A stretch of 63,987 bases of DNA, counting the filler, from Catajapyx aquilonaris (taxonomy: Eukaryota), in NCBI GenBank assembly GCA_000934665.2. It is 3 parts of 3 records of this genome, joined end to end, with 100 filler letters (N's around TTAATTAATTAA, not from the genome) between each part and the next. Parts side by side here need not be neighbours in the genome. Positions count along the whole stretch, not along the records: positions 1 to 21,534 come from JYFJ02006025.1; positions 21,635 to 43,140 come from KZ539459.1; 1 more part is not named here. One strand, written 5' to 3'. Each line of letters opens with the position of its first letter. The first letter of the stretch is position 1. Shown piece after piece: positions 13,405 through 24,600 of this stretch. Made by a program: the position numbers and the translations under genes. Below the pieces are notes generated by a model. It saw nothing but the letters and a program-made list of their open reading frames with translations, was not told where the DNA came from and searched no databases.

Positions 13405-16400
13405 GGAAGGAAACTGAACGAATCATTGAACTGGGGCACTAGCGGTACTAAAATTTTCCAACCCTATGTAACAGATGGGTTAAACAGTATTGAGGATCTA
13501 CCAACAGTGCTAGAGGCCGTGGAACGTGGTCTAAAAATGAAATTCTTTCGAGAGCAACTCAACGTTTCCTACATTATAAAGCAGTTAAGAACGAATTTAA
13601 GACAGAAAGTTACTTTAATATGGGTTTACCGCTATCTTACATGCGATTACTAATAAACTTAAGAAATAATTCTCTGACATTAAAACTACAAAACCAGCTA
13701 GTGATTAAGACAATCCCAGACGATATTTACGACTGGTGTAACTGGAAGACGAGTCGATCAACTTTCCACTTAATTTATGAATGCCATCTTTTCGCATCAC
13801 CCAGACTCAAATTCCTTTATGACATGCCGCAATATCCACCTGATCAAATTTCAAATCTGTTTGTAAACATACAGAAAGTGGATGTATTTAAACTCTACTC
13901 TTTTTTTGAACGTAGCGAAAATATTAAAATTATGAGAATATTGAACTATAAAATGAGTCATATACACAATTATTTTGAGTAGGTTGCAAGGGTCATCACA
14001 AAATGAAATGTAACATAAGTTATTTTTTCTTGTTACGTGTGATTTATGTATTTGGAGGAAGCTGAAGTACGTAAGGGTGTCAGCTACTCAGAAACTGTAT
14101 TTGCAAAATAATATAACTGTATGGTGTGTGTGTGTACGCCCAAGCGAGCCCAGGGCTCGAGTACGGGGTAGGAAAATAAATAAAATAAATAATTTCATAT
14201 CTCATTATACTATGGATACTAGGATATCTGCCCCCTTAGCTGGCATATGACCACAACAACAAGTTTAGTTGTTGTAACGGGGTAAGCCTATGTGGCATTT
14301 TGGACTTGGCCAAACGATTTTAGATCTTATCGATCACAATACTTACCCCAGCATATGGATATTGCTTGTAACACTTTTTTCCTCCCAGACGTTAGGCATC
14401 CCAATTCCCTGGAAGGCCATTCTTACATCAGTGCCAGTGTGGGTAACCATGGTGGCCATGATTGGACATGGATGGGGCCATTTCACTCTGATGAATGAAC
14501 TTCCCACTTTCATGAAAAAAGTTTTGCATTATGACATGAAGCAGGTACGTCAATAAAATTTTGATGTGATAATTCAAGATTTCAAGTTAAATGTACTAAA
14601 GTGATTATTATCTGTAACGTGCAATATTTTAGAGGAAAAATTCCCTGTTAGGAAATCTGAAATAATGTGAATTTTTTATCATAACAATTTATTGGACAGA
14701 GGTGTCTAACTGTATACCAGCAACATTTAATATCATACAGAGTGATTCTCTGGAATGGAAACCGAAACATTCCTCAATAAACGAAAGTAACTAGTCTTAT
14801 AAACCTAAGTTTGCATTCGCCTCCGCTCTGCCAGGAGGTTGGCAGTGAGAACATTCAATGTTCAGGTTTTTCTTCCGTTTGAAGACAACAGCGACGGAGG
14901 CATACGGCATCATGCTAAGAGAGGTGTATGGTGAAGAAGTGTTCCATAGCATTCCGTTGGTATGATACATGCAAGGCATTCAGCGAGTTAGTAGTAAGCT
15001 TTCAAAGACACAGGTCTGCAGACTCTCATCAGAGTTCTGACATAGGACCTCATTAACATCACCTGTGCCGTGGTTGTTCAGGAAGAACGCCGCATATCCG
15101 TCGATGGCCTTGCCAGAATATGTGGTATTTCCCATGGTCGGTAGTGCCTACGAAATTTTGCACTGACCATTTGCACATATATAAGGCATTCTGGACACGA
15201 TGCCACTCCCGAAAAGTCTTGAACTAATTCTCGTTATCAAATAAAAAATCCGTCCCAATTTGTTTTGACTAGCCCTCGTAATATTTCTCTAGGCAGACTT
15301 GTTTGGCAGCATACAGGGTAAGCACATGTCAATTTCCATTGAGAACCACACAATTAAGAAGTTATTGAGGAATGTTTAGGTTTCCATTCGAGAGAATCAC
15401 TCTGTATTTATTTATTTATCTATTTATATATTTGCGCAAAATAATACAGGGCGTTTCAAGTATCAGGGCCATTATAAGTTATCGCTAATATCGTCTGAAG
15501 TAGCCGATAATTTTGTATAGCTTGTTGCGCCCCGATCCAGGTGCTCCATTATTCCCAGGTGGTCGATTATACTACAGTAGCACACTACCTTACCCAAATC
15601 CCGTATAGTCTACGCTCCCCCCCCCCCCCCCAAAGTGGATGGGTGGGGTAGTAAACAAAATGTGAAAAAAATATTTGTTAAGATTATCTGGACTTTAGAA
15701 TTGATAATTATTAATCGTAACAATGGAGCTAGGATGGAACCACAGTTAAAGTTAATTTGACCGTTAACAACTGAAACAAATATGATTAAACTTTGGACAG
15801 TGAATTTCTGTGGGGTCTGGTAATAATATATTGCTGTCACTACGTTAATTTGTTACGTAGCAGGACATTTATTTTAATCCTGAACCTGTGGGGCAACGCA
15901 AATCCAAAAACTGCATTGAAATTAATTACAAAAAATTTGTCACTGAATTTAAAATGTTTATATCTCGTGTAGGGTACGTTTTCAAAAATTGCTACACTTT
16001 GCTGAACTACATAACCCCTTGCAGAATCTAGGGGCTGAGAACTCGACCTCCATCGCCTAGATTATTTTCGATTCCGTTCCACTTGCAAATAAGGACAACG
16101 TATTTTACAAATAATAATACCTATACTTTTACATTTATGCTCTACACTACACAATTCATGTTTTGGAAACAATTTTACTCGCATACAAGTCCGTAAATTA
16201 ATTTCCAAAAAGATCGCCGCACAGTATACCCGCTATATGTCCGCCTAGATTTTCTCTCCTGTTCAACTTACAAGTACTCTGAAGGTAAGGGCAAGATATT
16301 TTACAAATAGTAATAGCTATACTTACCCGTTCATGTAAAACACAACGATCCGAAGCAGTTTGGAGGAGGGGATATGGTGTCCGACTGCTAATCGGGAGGT

Positions 16401-17892
16401 CCTGGGATCAAATCCCGGGGCCGGCAACTCTGACCGTGGTTTTCTGTGGTTTCCCACGGTCCTTCCAGGGAAATTCCGGAGTTGCTTCCGTAATTAATAG
16501 GCCACAGCCGCTTCCTTCCGTCCCTATCCTATTACCACAAAGCTAAGTAAAATGAAAAAGCAAAGAGCAGGCAAAACAAACTTCCCCCCTAAAGAGCCGA
16601 TGGCTGATAACGGGGTATGAATTATTTATTATTATTATTATTAAAACACAACGTATGTATTGGAAACAATATTATTTTCCTTGGCTAAAAGTCCGTAAAT
16701 TAATTTCCAAAAAGATCGCCGTAAAATATGAAAATCCGAGTACTACCGGCCTAACAGCCTAACAGTTGGCCGGTAGTACTCTAATTTCGGGTTTTTACAG
16801 CGATCTTTTTGGAAATTAATTTAGGGACTTCTATCGGAGGGAAATTGTTTTCAACACATTCATAACGTTTTCCCTGAACGGGTAAGTAGAGCTGTTATTA
16901 ATTGTAAAATATCTTGCTCGTATCTTCAGCGCATGAGTAAGCGGGTATAGCTGGTACTGGCGGTCGAGTTCTCAGCCCCTAGATTCTTGGCGGCTGTTAT
17001 TTATTAATAAATTTATTAAAATGTGATGACATTGTGTATTTAGACCTCAGTCCAATGCGCTACGATAACAACAATTCAATAAATGTGAAATGGTTTTAAA
17101 TATCCCTATTCTGCAAGTCATGAAAAACGCTTTGAAATTCTGTGACAATATTTTGTAATTAATTTCAATGCAGTCTTTGGGTTTTTGTGGTCCCTCAGGT
17201 TCATCATTAAAATTAATGTCCTGCTACGTAATAAATTAATGTATAGTGACAGCAATTATTACCAGACCCCACAGAAATTCACTGATGTACAAAGGGTAAT
17301 CATATTTGTTTCAGTTGTTAACTGTCAAATTAACTTTAATTTTGGTGCCATAATCCTAGCTCCATAGTTACGATTAATTATACAGTCCAGATAATCTTAA
17401 CGGAGATTTTTTAGCACATTTTGTTTACTACCCCACTTTTTGGGGGGAACGCGTAGACTACGGGATTAGGGTAAGGTGGCAGTTGTTAAATACTGTAATA
17501 GCCAATAGGGTATAGGCTACCTGGATCGAGGCGCAACAACCTACACAAGAATAACAGCGTCGAGCTCAATTTTCTATAAAGCGACCCCGCATACTTGGAA
17601 ACCCTTGTCGTATAACACAATTGCAATTTTATCGCATAATTATTACTTTTAGGCTGTGTGATGCATGTCTATTTATTTGCTCGCATGTTGAAGTATTTGA
17701 AGTGAGCCTGTAACATTTCTTTCAGAATAGCCTTGTATCTGCTTTGCCATACCTAGTGATGCTAATTGTATCTCAAATTACAACCTGGTTGGCTGACTGG
17801 TTGAGAGAAAATAGGTACTTGAGTACCACAATGACCAGAAGAGTGTTCCACGTTATTGGTGAGATGCTATACACTTTCTGATACCGACATAT

Positions 17893-17971
<79 letters not shown>

Positions 17972-20150
17972 CAGTATCATATCTCACACGTAGAGTACTC
18001 CTGGTAAGCCTACTTGTACAAGTAGTAAATTATACGAGAGGAATAGGTAAAAAAAGAGACCTTGATGGCGTTGAATGCTAACTATGTCACTTACAGTACA
18101 AGTAGGCCTACACTCCATGGACATTATAATTTTTTCCCTTCCCTCGATCATTGTCGGCTAGCCCTTACAACTCACGTCAGTGTATAACAGTAGGCATGCC
18201 ATGTCATTTGAAAACAAGAATCGGCCAGATATACGTCAACACCCCTCTGTTTGGTCATTAATTCTAACGAATGATTTTTTCTGCGTTGTGTGGTAGCTCA
18301 CTGCATCCCAGCTGCAGCATTAGTGGCAGCAGCATACACAGGCAGTGACAGATTGTCCACAGTGGCAATGTTAACCCTAGCAGTTGGTGCAAGTGGCGCC
18401 TTTTGCGCCTCTGGTGGAGTCAGCTATATGGACCTGGCGCCCAATTTTACTGGCCTCATCACGGGTATCACAAATACCATAGCCAACATTTGCGGTCTAC
18501 TGGCTCCCATGCTAGTTGGCTTGCTCATTTCTGTAAAGGAGGAGGTGCGTAACCTTGGTGGTGTTTTCCATAACACCCGAGTGGTAGCCCCTTGGCGTCA
18601 GATATCTGATTAGTCCCGTTCTCATTTTATTGACAGGACAGAGCTGACAAGTGGCAAGTAGTGTTCTTCATAGCTGCAGGGATTTATGTGGTAGATACCA
18701 TCATCTATGTTCTGGGCATCAGCGGAGAGGAGCAGGAGTGGAATCGACCTCCGAATCATCGTCCTGCCGGTATTTCGACTGGTAAGTTAATTGATGGGCA
18801 ATATATTGTGAGCAGAGCCAGTCATTATACGAGTACACATGCTGGCGCTCCCGATATCTCGAAAAACGGAATGCCCTCTTGAAATTTTTGGGCATTTTAA
18901 GCAGAAAATTTACACATGTTTTCGATAACTTCCGGATCAGTCTAAACGCAGGATAGCCCTACCAGTTATGTATAGGGGGATGTAATTTTTGAATTCACGC
19001 TCAGTAGTAATATTTCAGCACAGACGCCAGTGCCCCATATTTTACTGGATATCTAAAGGGTCTAGTGCAAAACAATATACACTGCGATGCACTGAATAAG
19101 ACCGCAGTATAACGTTGTTAGTAATAACTTAATATTCTAAGCTACGAATAACAAGTATCAACAATTTGTTTTGACGATTAGCCTATACGTATAACTAACT
19201 ATCGTGGAATCCGAGAGAAAAAGGGATACTTTTACCCGAGTAACCAGTGAGGAGTTGAAAGTCGCAGTCAGGGCCATATTCACATATCGTCATGGATCGT
19301 TATTAAACTGGCTGCTGTGGTTATTATTTACAACTNCCCCCCCCTTCCCTCTCCTCTTATATTGTGAACTGTAGCAGTGTGACACCTGAACAATCTTTGT
19401 TTTGAGTCCTTGTTGCAGGCCAGTAGTCATTATAATTCTTCTCTTTCGACTGCAAATTAACAGTTATGATACTGGAGTTGCTTTTCACCCGCAGTTCCTG
19501 GAGAAAAGTACCGGTATTTTTATTTAAATATAATATCAAATAAAAAGCAAATGTGAGAGGGCGATAATATTAAGTCAATAATACTACCAGAAAAATTTAT
19601 TGAACTCACTCTCACTGGTAGCATAGCATCCATGATTATTAATTTTCCATGGGGAATATCTCCATATGAAAAAGTATGAATTTATAATGAGTAGCATTGA
19701 TAATAATTCTCGGCGTAGGTCTCATTACTTAATACATGTACAGTACAGTGAATTATGAACCCATCTTCCATGATCCCCACTTTTGTAGAGGGAAGTAATT
19801 GAAATGTAGTAAATTAACATACAGTATTTTTCTTTGGAAATCATTTAAGCTTACTTTATTTGTATAAAATAATTTGATTTTAAAGTGGAGTTATTGGCAG
19901 AGATTATATTATAGTAACATTGATAAAAAACAATCATTCTTAATTTCTACATACGTATTCTTTCTAGAACATACACTACATTATTGAAACGCATGACATA
20001 ATTATATAGTAGCAGGAAAGTAAAATTCTATAAAATTCGTTCGAGGAGAATAAAGTAATGTAATATTACAGGCTTTGTAATGTACATCTTTCTTTTCCAG
20101 TTTCAGGGTATGTAACTACTTCGAAGTTGCGAGACCGAGACGACATATAA
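7950..20150 (+). CDS. SLC17 family MFS anion transporter (sialin/Picot-like), paralog 2, apparently complete, ~496 aa
   Basis: Exons 7950-7980 (first exon inferred, less certain), 8183-8364, 8479-8715, 9584-9671, 11062-11282, 14389-14544, 17726-17858, 18297-18544, 18637-18781, 20101-20150 (TAA); total 1491 nt, in frame. Motifs: YTMRV, EFDW, QIPGG, RVVQGLGEG, WLPPFERS, GGWPAVFY, IPWKAIL, MDLAPNFTG, GEEQEWN. Intron positions and phases match paralog 1. Confidence 0.93.
9828..10000 (-). mobile_element. SINE fragment (family B core plus tail type 2)
   Basis: Shares GTGACTGGGAGGGGATGTGCAAAGTGCAAGTGCAATGTC with the copy at 54765-55055 and its tail with the copy at 49163-49561. Confidence 0.6.
11474..11732 (-). 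mobile_element. 5'-truncated SINE, family A
   Basis: Near identical to 35172-35539; 12-bp TSD AGGCAAGTTGTA (11462-11473 / 11733-11744); A-rich tail on minus. Confidence 0.85.
12916..14190 (+). mobile_element. 5'-truncated non-LTR retrotransposon (LINE) 3' end, interrupted by a SINE
   Basis: TSD AATTTCATATCTCAT (12901-12915 / 14191-14205); degenerate ORF2 C-terminal Cys/His motif CNWKTSRSTFHLIYECHLF; 3' hairpin CGAGCCCAGGGCTCG followed by ACGGGGTA and an (AAAT)n tail. Confidence 0.7.
13001..13337 (-). mobile_element. tRNA-derived SINE, family A (full length)
   Basis: Minus-strand head with A-box TGGCCGAGATGG and B-box GGTTCGATCCC; body matches 35172-35539. Confidence 0.85.
14738..15404. mobile_element. 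Tc1-type MITE containing a nested degenerate mariner (~14790-15280)
   Basis: TA|CAGAGTGATTCTCTGGAATGGAAACCGAAACATTCCTCAATAA / TTATTGAGGAATGTTTAGGTTTCCATTCGAGAGAATCACTCTG|TA. Inside are a mariner HTH remnant (FRLKTTATEAY..MLREVYGE) and a mariner end ..GACTAGCCCTCG|TA. Confidence 0.75.
15447..17607. mobile_element. Long foldback (palindromic) DNA element, ~2.1 kb
   Basis: 15447-~15960 is the reverse complement of ~17125-17607; inner arms 16023-16050 / 16958-16987; central hairpin GAGTACTACCGGCC..GGCCGGTAGTACTC (16738-16782); begins TA|CAGGG. Confidence 0.8.
16348..16641 (+). mobile_element. tRNA-derived SINE, family D (Lm1/Talua-like body)
   Basis: 12-bp TSD TAAAACACAACG; tRNA-like head; body GTGGTTTTCTGTGGTTTCCC..CCAGG..AAATTCCGG..AGGCCACAGCCGCTTCCTTCC; (TAT)n tail; second copy at 27817-28163. 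Confidence 0.85.
17895..17969. repeat. (AAT)n microsatellite
   Basis: About 25 perfect AAT units in an SLC17 intron. Confidence 0.95.
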
Positions 20151-21534
20151 AAGTACAAGTATGTCTTCTGTGAAAGCTGTGTCAAAAACGAGGAGTCTTG
20201 GTCAAGTGGCTTGGCTATCTGCTATGCATCTGAAGACTTTCGGTGCCATTTGACAATCCTACAAATATGCGCTATGACAGGGAGTACAGAATATATTTAA
20301 TTATGAAAACATACGACATATTGATATTTTTACTTTTATTAACGGGGTTGCATGAATTTCTGCAACTGTAAAACGATAATATTTTAATAAAGAAATTTTT
20401 CTGAGACAATAAGATCTCGATCCATTCCGAGCATTGGTGCCCTTTATTTTTAATAATATCCGACTTCATATAGGTACTCTCAAGTTCCCGGGTCATTTCT
20501 GTACCGATAGTACATTAATGCCCGATTGCACCAACTGAAATTGCCGATTCGATAGCCCCTAACGAAGGAGTTCTTAATCGTTTCGGGTCTCCGCACCCCT
20601 TTGTAAACAGTTGGTCCTTGTCGCACCCCCTATACCAGGGGTGATTGATGAAGTCCATAGTTAGACAAAGTCCAGAAGTGCACCTTGCTCGCACCCCCAG
20701 GGGAGCCACATCGCACGTACCCCATCAGGTTAAGAACAGCTGCCCTAATTGATCGGTAGGAGCCCTTATCGAACAGATCCGGTTGCGCCAACAATACGTT
20801 ATCGACATTTAGCCCTAACCGACCGATACGATACGACTCCACCCCCAAGAATTCACATAAGAAATGTTCCCCCAGGGTGCGCGGGTGGGACGGACGGACG
20901 TGAGGCAACCCTGCGAAAGTGACCTCCACCAGGGTGGGTCATCGTGGCCCCACGTCCAGATATGATCAGAAGTGTCCAAAGAACAAGTGTACCGAGTTTC
21001 ATACTTTTGTCACAAAATGCGAAGTTTGGGCCAAAGGACCTGTTCAAGTAGCCCCGCTACCTAAACGGCAACCATCTTGCGCATCTTGTAGTGTATAATC
21101 TATGCACCTAGTTCTACGCTAAAGGCCGCTGTGTTCGCCACTGACTGTATCTTTGATGTGGTAGGGGTTGCTACCTAGCGGCCGTGGTAGGATTCAAAAC
21201 ATGTTGTCACGTGGTGAACTGTTTTATTAGTGGATTTAGAGGCAGGAAAACTCGTGTGGTTTTTACCCCGTAAAAATGTTGTAAGAATATTCGTGTGAGA
21301 CAAATGCCGCCTCAGGGAACCGATATGCGAAATGCAAGCCCCATCGAGATATCACGCGTTTGCCCAATCGCGTATCTCTCCCTCACTCCCTCTCCTCTCT
21401 CTCTCACTCTCCCCTAAAAGAGAGAGAGGTGAAAGAGCCGGACTCAAGATGGGGTTCGTTGGCAAATCAAGGCCGAACTCTTTCTCCAAACTGATGAAGG
21501 TCACCCGAGGTCACCCTTTAGAAGCATTCTTCCA

Positions 21535-21634
21535 NNNNNNNNNNNNNNNNNNNNNNNNNNNNNNNNNNNNNNNNNNNNTTAATTAATTAANNNNNNNNNN
21601 NNNNNNNNNNNNNNNNNNNNNNNNNNNNNNNNNN
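21535..21634. other. Artificial scaffold-joining spacer (N44 TTAATTAATTAA N44)
   Basis: Exactly 100 bp; the central 12-mer has stop codons in all six frames; identical structure at 43141-43240. Confidence 0.95.
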
Positions 21635-21635
21635 A

Positions 21636-24600
21636 AAACTGGCAAGACCTAAAGCGTCACATCTCAGATTTCCTCCTAGGTAAGCACAGAGTACTTTTCC
21701 AATATAGGTAATGAATGAATAAAAATAAAAATAAACTGCTCCTCCATGACCGTTTTTTTCTGGAATGGCTCTTCCTTCTGTTATATAACATGGAAATGCC
21801 ATCATGCAGCTAAAGGAGTAAGCACTGTTAATAATAAATCTCTTCTCTATAAGTGGAGCACTTCTGGAATTGTTCTGTTGTTGACACTGTTTATTCCTTT
21901 TATTTTCTACAACAGGCTGTTCCAGAAGAAAAAGACATAGTGGCATTCAGGAAATGGAGAGGTACAGACGTACAGTACTGTACCTATTAATTATACGGGG
22001 TGACTCTAGAGTCAGGATACATAGGTAATTGGATTGTATATTGTTGGTTTCCAGTTGTGACAACCAGCAGATTGTTGTCATTCAGTAAAGGTTGAGTTGG
22101 TATGGTTGGCACTTGGAATTGGCACAACTGAAACCAACAATACAATCCAATTACCTGTGTATTCTGACTTTAGATTCACCCTGTACAGTACAGTATATCA
22201 CAAACTCTCAGACCATTATTTTCATTTTATATTATAGCATGTTATTTCATACTGGTTTGTGTGATCAATAGTAAATTGAGAACAAGTAGGTTCTAGTTGT
22301 TATTCATTGTAGTAGCCTACTTAATATTTTACAAAAATGCATAATGAGGGTCAGCCACTTGTTCTGGATTTCCAATAATAAATTGATCATGCAATCCAAC
22401 CAGAATGAGATCCCCTTACATTTATGCTGCAAATCGATTTTATTGACAATATTATTTTCGTTTGTGTTGTCGGAACATAATGCAGTCTTTCCAATATGTC
22501 TCAATAAAATGCAGTAAACCACAATGATGTGTTTTATTCAGTTTTCCCTTGAGCCATGTAACACTACAGGTGTTTGATAAAATCAATGTAATCAATGGTG
22601 AGACACTGACACACTGTAAAGATATAATACAATTGAATGGATGGGGAGATTGACAGGAAAGTTAGTTCTGGGTTGAAAGTGATAGGTGCCACAAGTAAGT
22701 TTTCTAGGAATAAGGACTTATCTTCTGCGTGTAGGTTGTCTGTCTATTCTCACGTTATTGTTCCTTCACTTATGTATGGTAGTGAAGCGTGGGTTTGGTC
22801 AGTTAGGCATAAGAGTAGGGTGTTGGCTACAGAGATTCGTTATCTCCGGGCTGTTAGTGGGGTTACCAAGTTGAATAGGATTAGGAATTAGGAGATTTTG
22901 CAGAGGTGTAATGTTAAGGATACTGTTAAAGATAAGGTGTGTAGGTCTACTCTAATGTGGTTTGGCCATGTGGAGAGGATGAAGGAAGAGGAGATTGTGA
23001 AGAAGGTTTATTTGGGTGGAGTAGTTGGTAAGAGGGGCAAGGGTAGGCCTAGGAAGACATGGTTGGACCAGGTGGGTCAGTGTCTTAATGGTGTTGCTAG
23101 TGTTAAGCCGAGACGTTCATGTGTCAATAGGACCGTGGATGTGGCTGAATAAGCTAAGGTTGTTTGTTTGGATAGGTGCTGTTAATGGCGTGGGTTAATT
23201 AATGGGTAGAATATTCACGGGTTTGCGAGGAATGGCAGTGTCCATATTGAATTTTTCCGAATGGCTGGAATGTTTGCAGGTTGGTGGGAGGATTTGGCAT
23301 CTGGAAGTTCATACTTGGGCTCTGGGTGCTGTGCAGAACTACAAGTTTGGCAAATATCTCTTGCACAGTAATGCATAAGTTGACACCGGTAGTCATGCTT
23401 GCAAGGGTGTCTGCCTCTCTCTCTGTCCTGCACAGCGCTTGGAGTTCCGGTGTGGATTTCTGTATGCTGGTTCTTCTCGCTGGCCTGTGGGTGTTTTGGT
23501 CGTTTGGAGGAGAATATTCTAGTCACTTGGAGGAATAACAGTTGCTGATTCCTCTTCGGGGGGGGGGGGGNACTGCTCAATTAGTACCGTGTTGCATGGT
23601 CGTGTAATATTTAAATTTAATATTTAATATTGAGAGTTTGTCGTCTGAGATGGGCAGGGGTGGGATTTGGGGTGGGGGGCCGGTTGGGTGGTTTATACGT
23701 ATGTTGATTTTTACAAGTTTTAATTTGGTTCATATTTTGGGTTAGCTTGTGGCTCCTGTCATCGCTGTCTACCCCTTGTAGGAAAATGTCGTGATGGTGT
23801 TGTTGTTTTTGTTGTTGAATCTGGATATAACAGCCTCTGCTATAACAGACTTTCAGTTGTAACAGACTCGAAAGGCCTGTCCCAACAAACTTCCATATTA
23901 TGGCTGTGTATTCGGCTATAACATATTGATTTCTGCGGTCCCTTGAAGTCTGTTATATCCTGATTCAACTGTATACATGTTGACATTAACAGTAGGCCTA
24001 TTCTTACCAGATGATTTTATTTTGTAGTAGGCCTACAGTCATATTGACTCAGAAGAACAAACTGCATTTTCTAAACAGTTATGCAACAAATAATGTGATT
24101 GGAAGTGATACAGTTATTATGTAGCCTATCCTTTAAATGTTTAAAAGCATTACTTTTAAGAATGGGTTTTAAAAAAATGATTTATTCCTCTGCTACTATA
24201 TAGTGTACCAAGTACGTAATGACCAAATTCCATAGTACACATTAGCCTAATATTCTGTTGACAGAGATCCGCAGTGGCCCATTTCAAGAGCTGTATTAAA
24301 TGCAGTGGCATCTCAGCGCATATGTGAATTGGCGAAACCTCGGCGGGGACATGAAAATTGTATTCCCATTCCTCGTAAGATGAAGAAACATGACAGTTTT
24401 GACAGCTGACCATGGCCTAAAATAATGTCATTCCACAGGTGTACCACCAAAACCATCCACTCGTCCTCAATTAGTGCCACAGTTTAAACTCAGGGGGAAG
24501 AATATTCAAGGAACTGCTAAGTCAAGGAGAATATCAACAGGTGACAAAACCTCTGGTGTATCACGTACTACAGCTGCCATCAACAGGAGCGCAAGAAGCA

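Noticed and set aside
20880..21060. Academ-like transposon end (..GTAGCCCCGCTA)
   Set aside because: Only one end is visible, with no partner TIR or TSD.
21579..21590. TTAATTAATTAA palindrome as a biological site
   Set aside because: It is an assembly linker with six-frame stops inside N runs.
23281..23538. 85-aa hydrophobic ORF as a membrane protein carried by the RTE
   Set aside because: No ATG start; hydrophobicity follows from the G/T-rich strand bias of the LINE 3' UTR.
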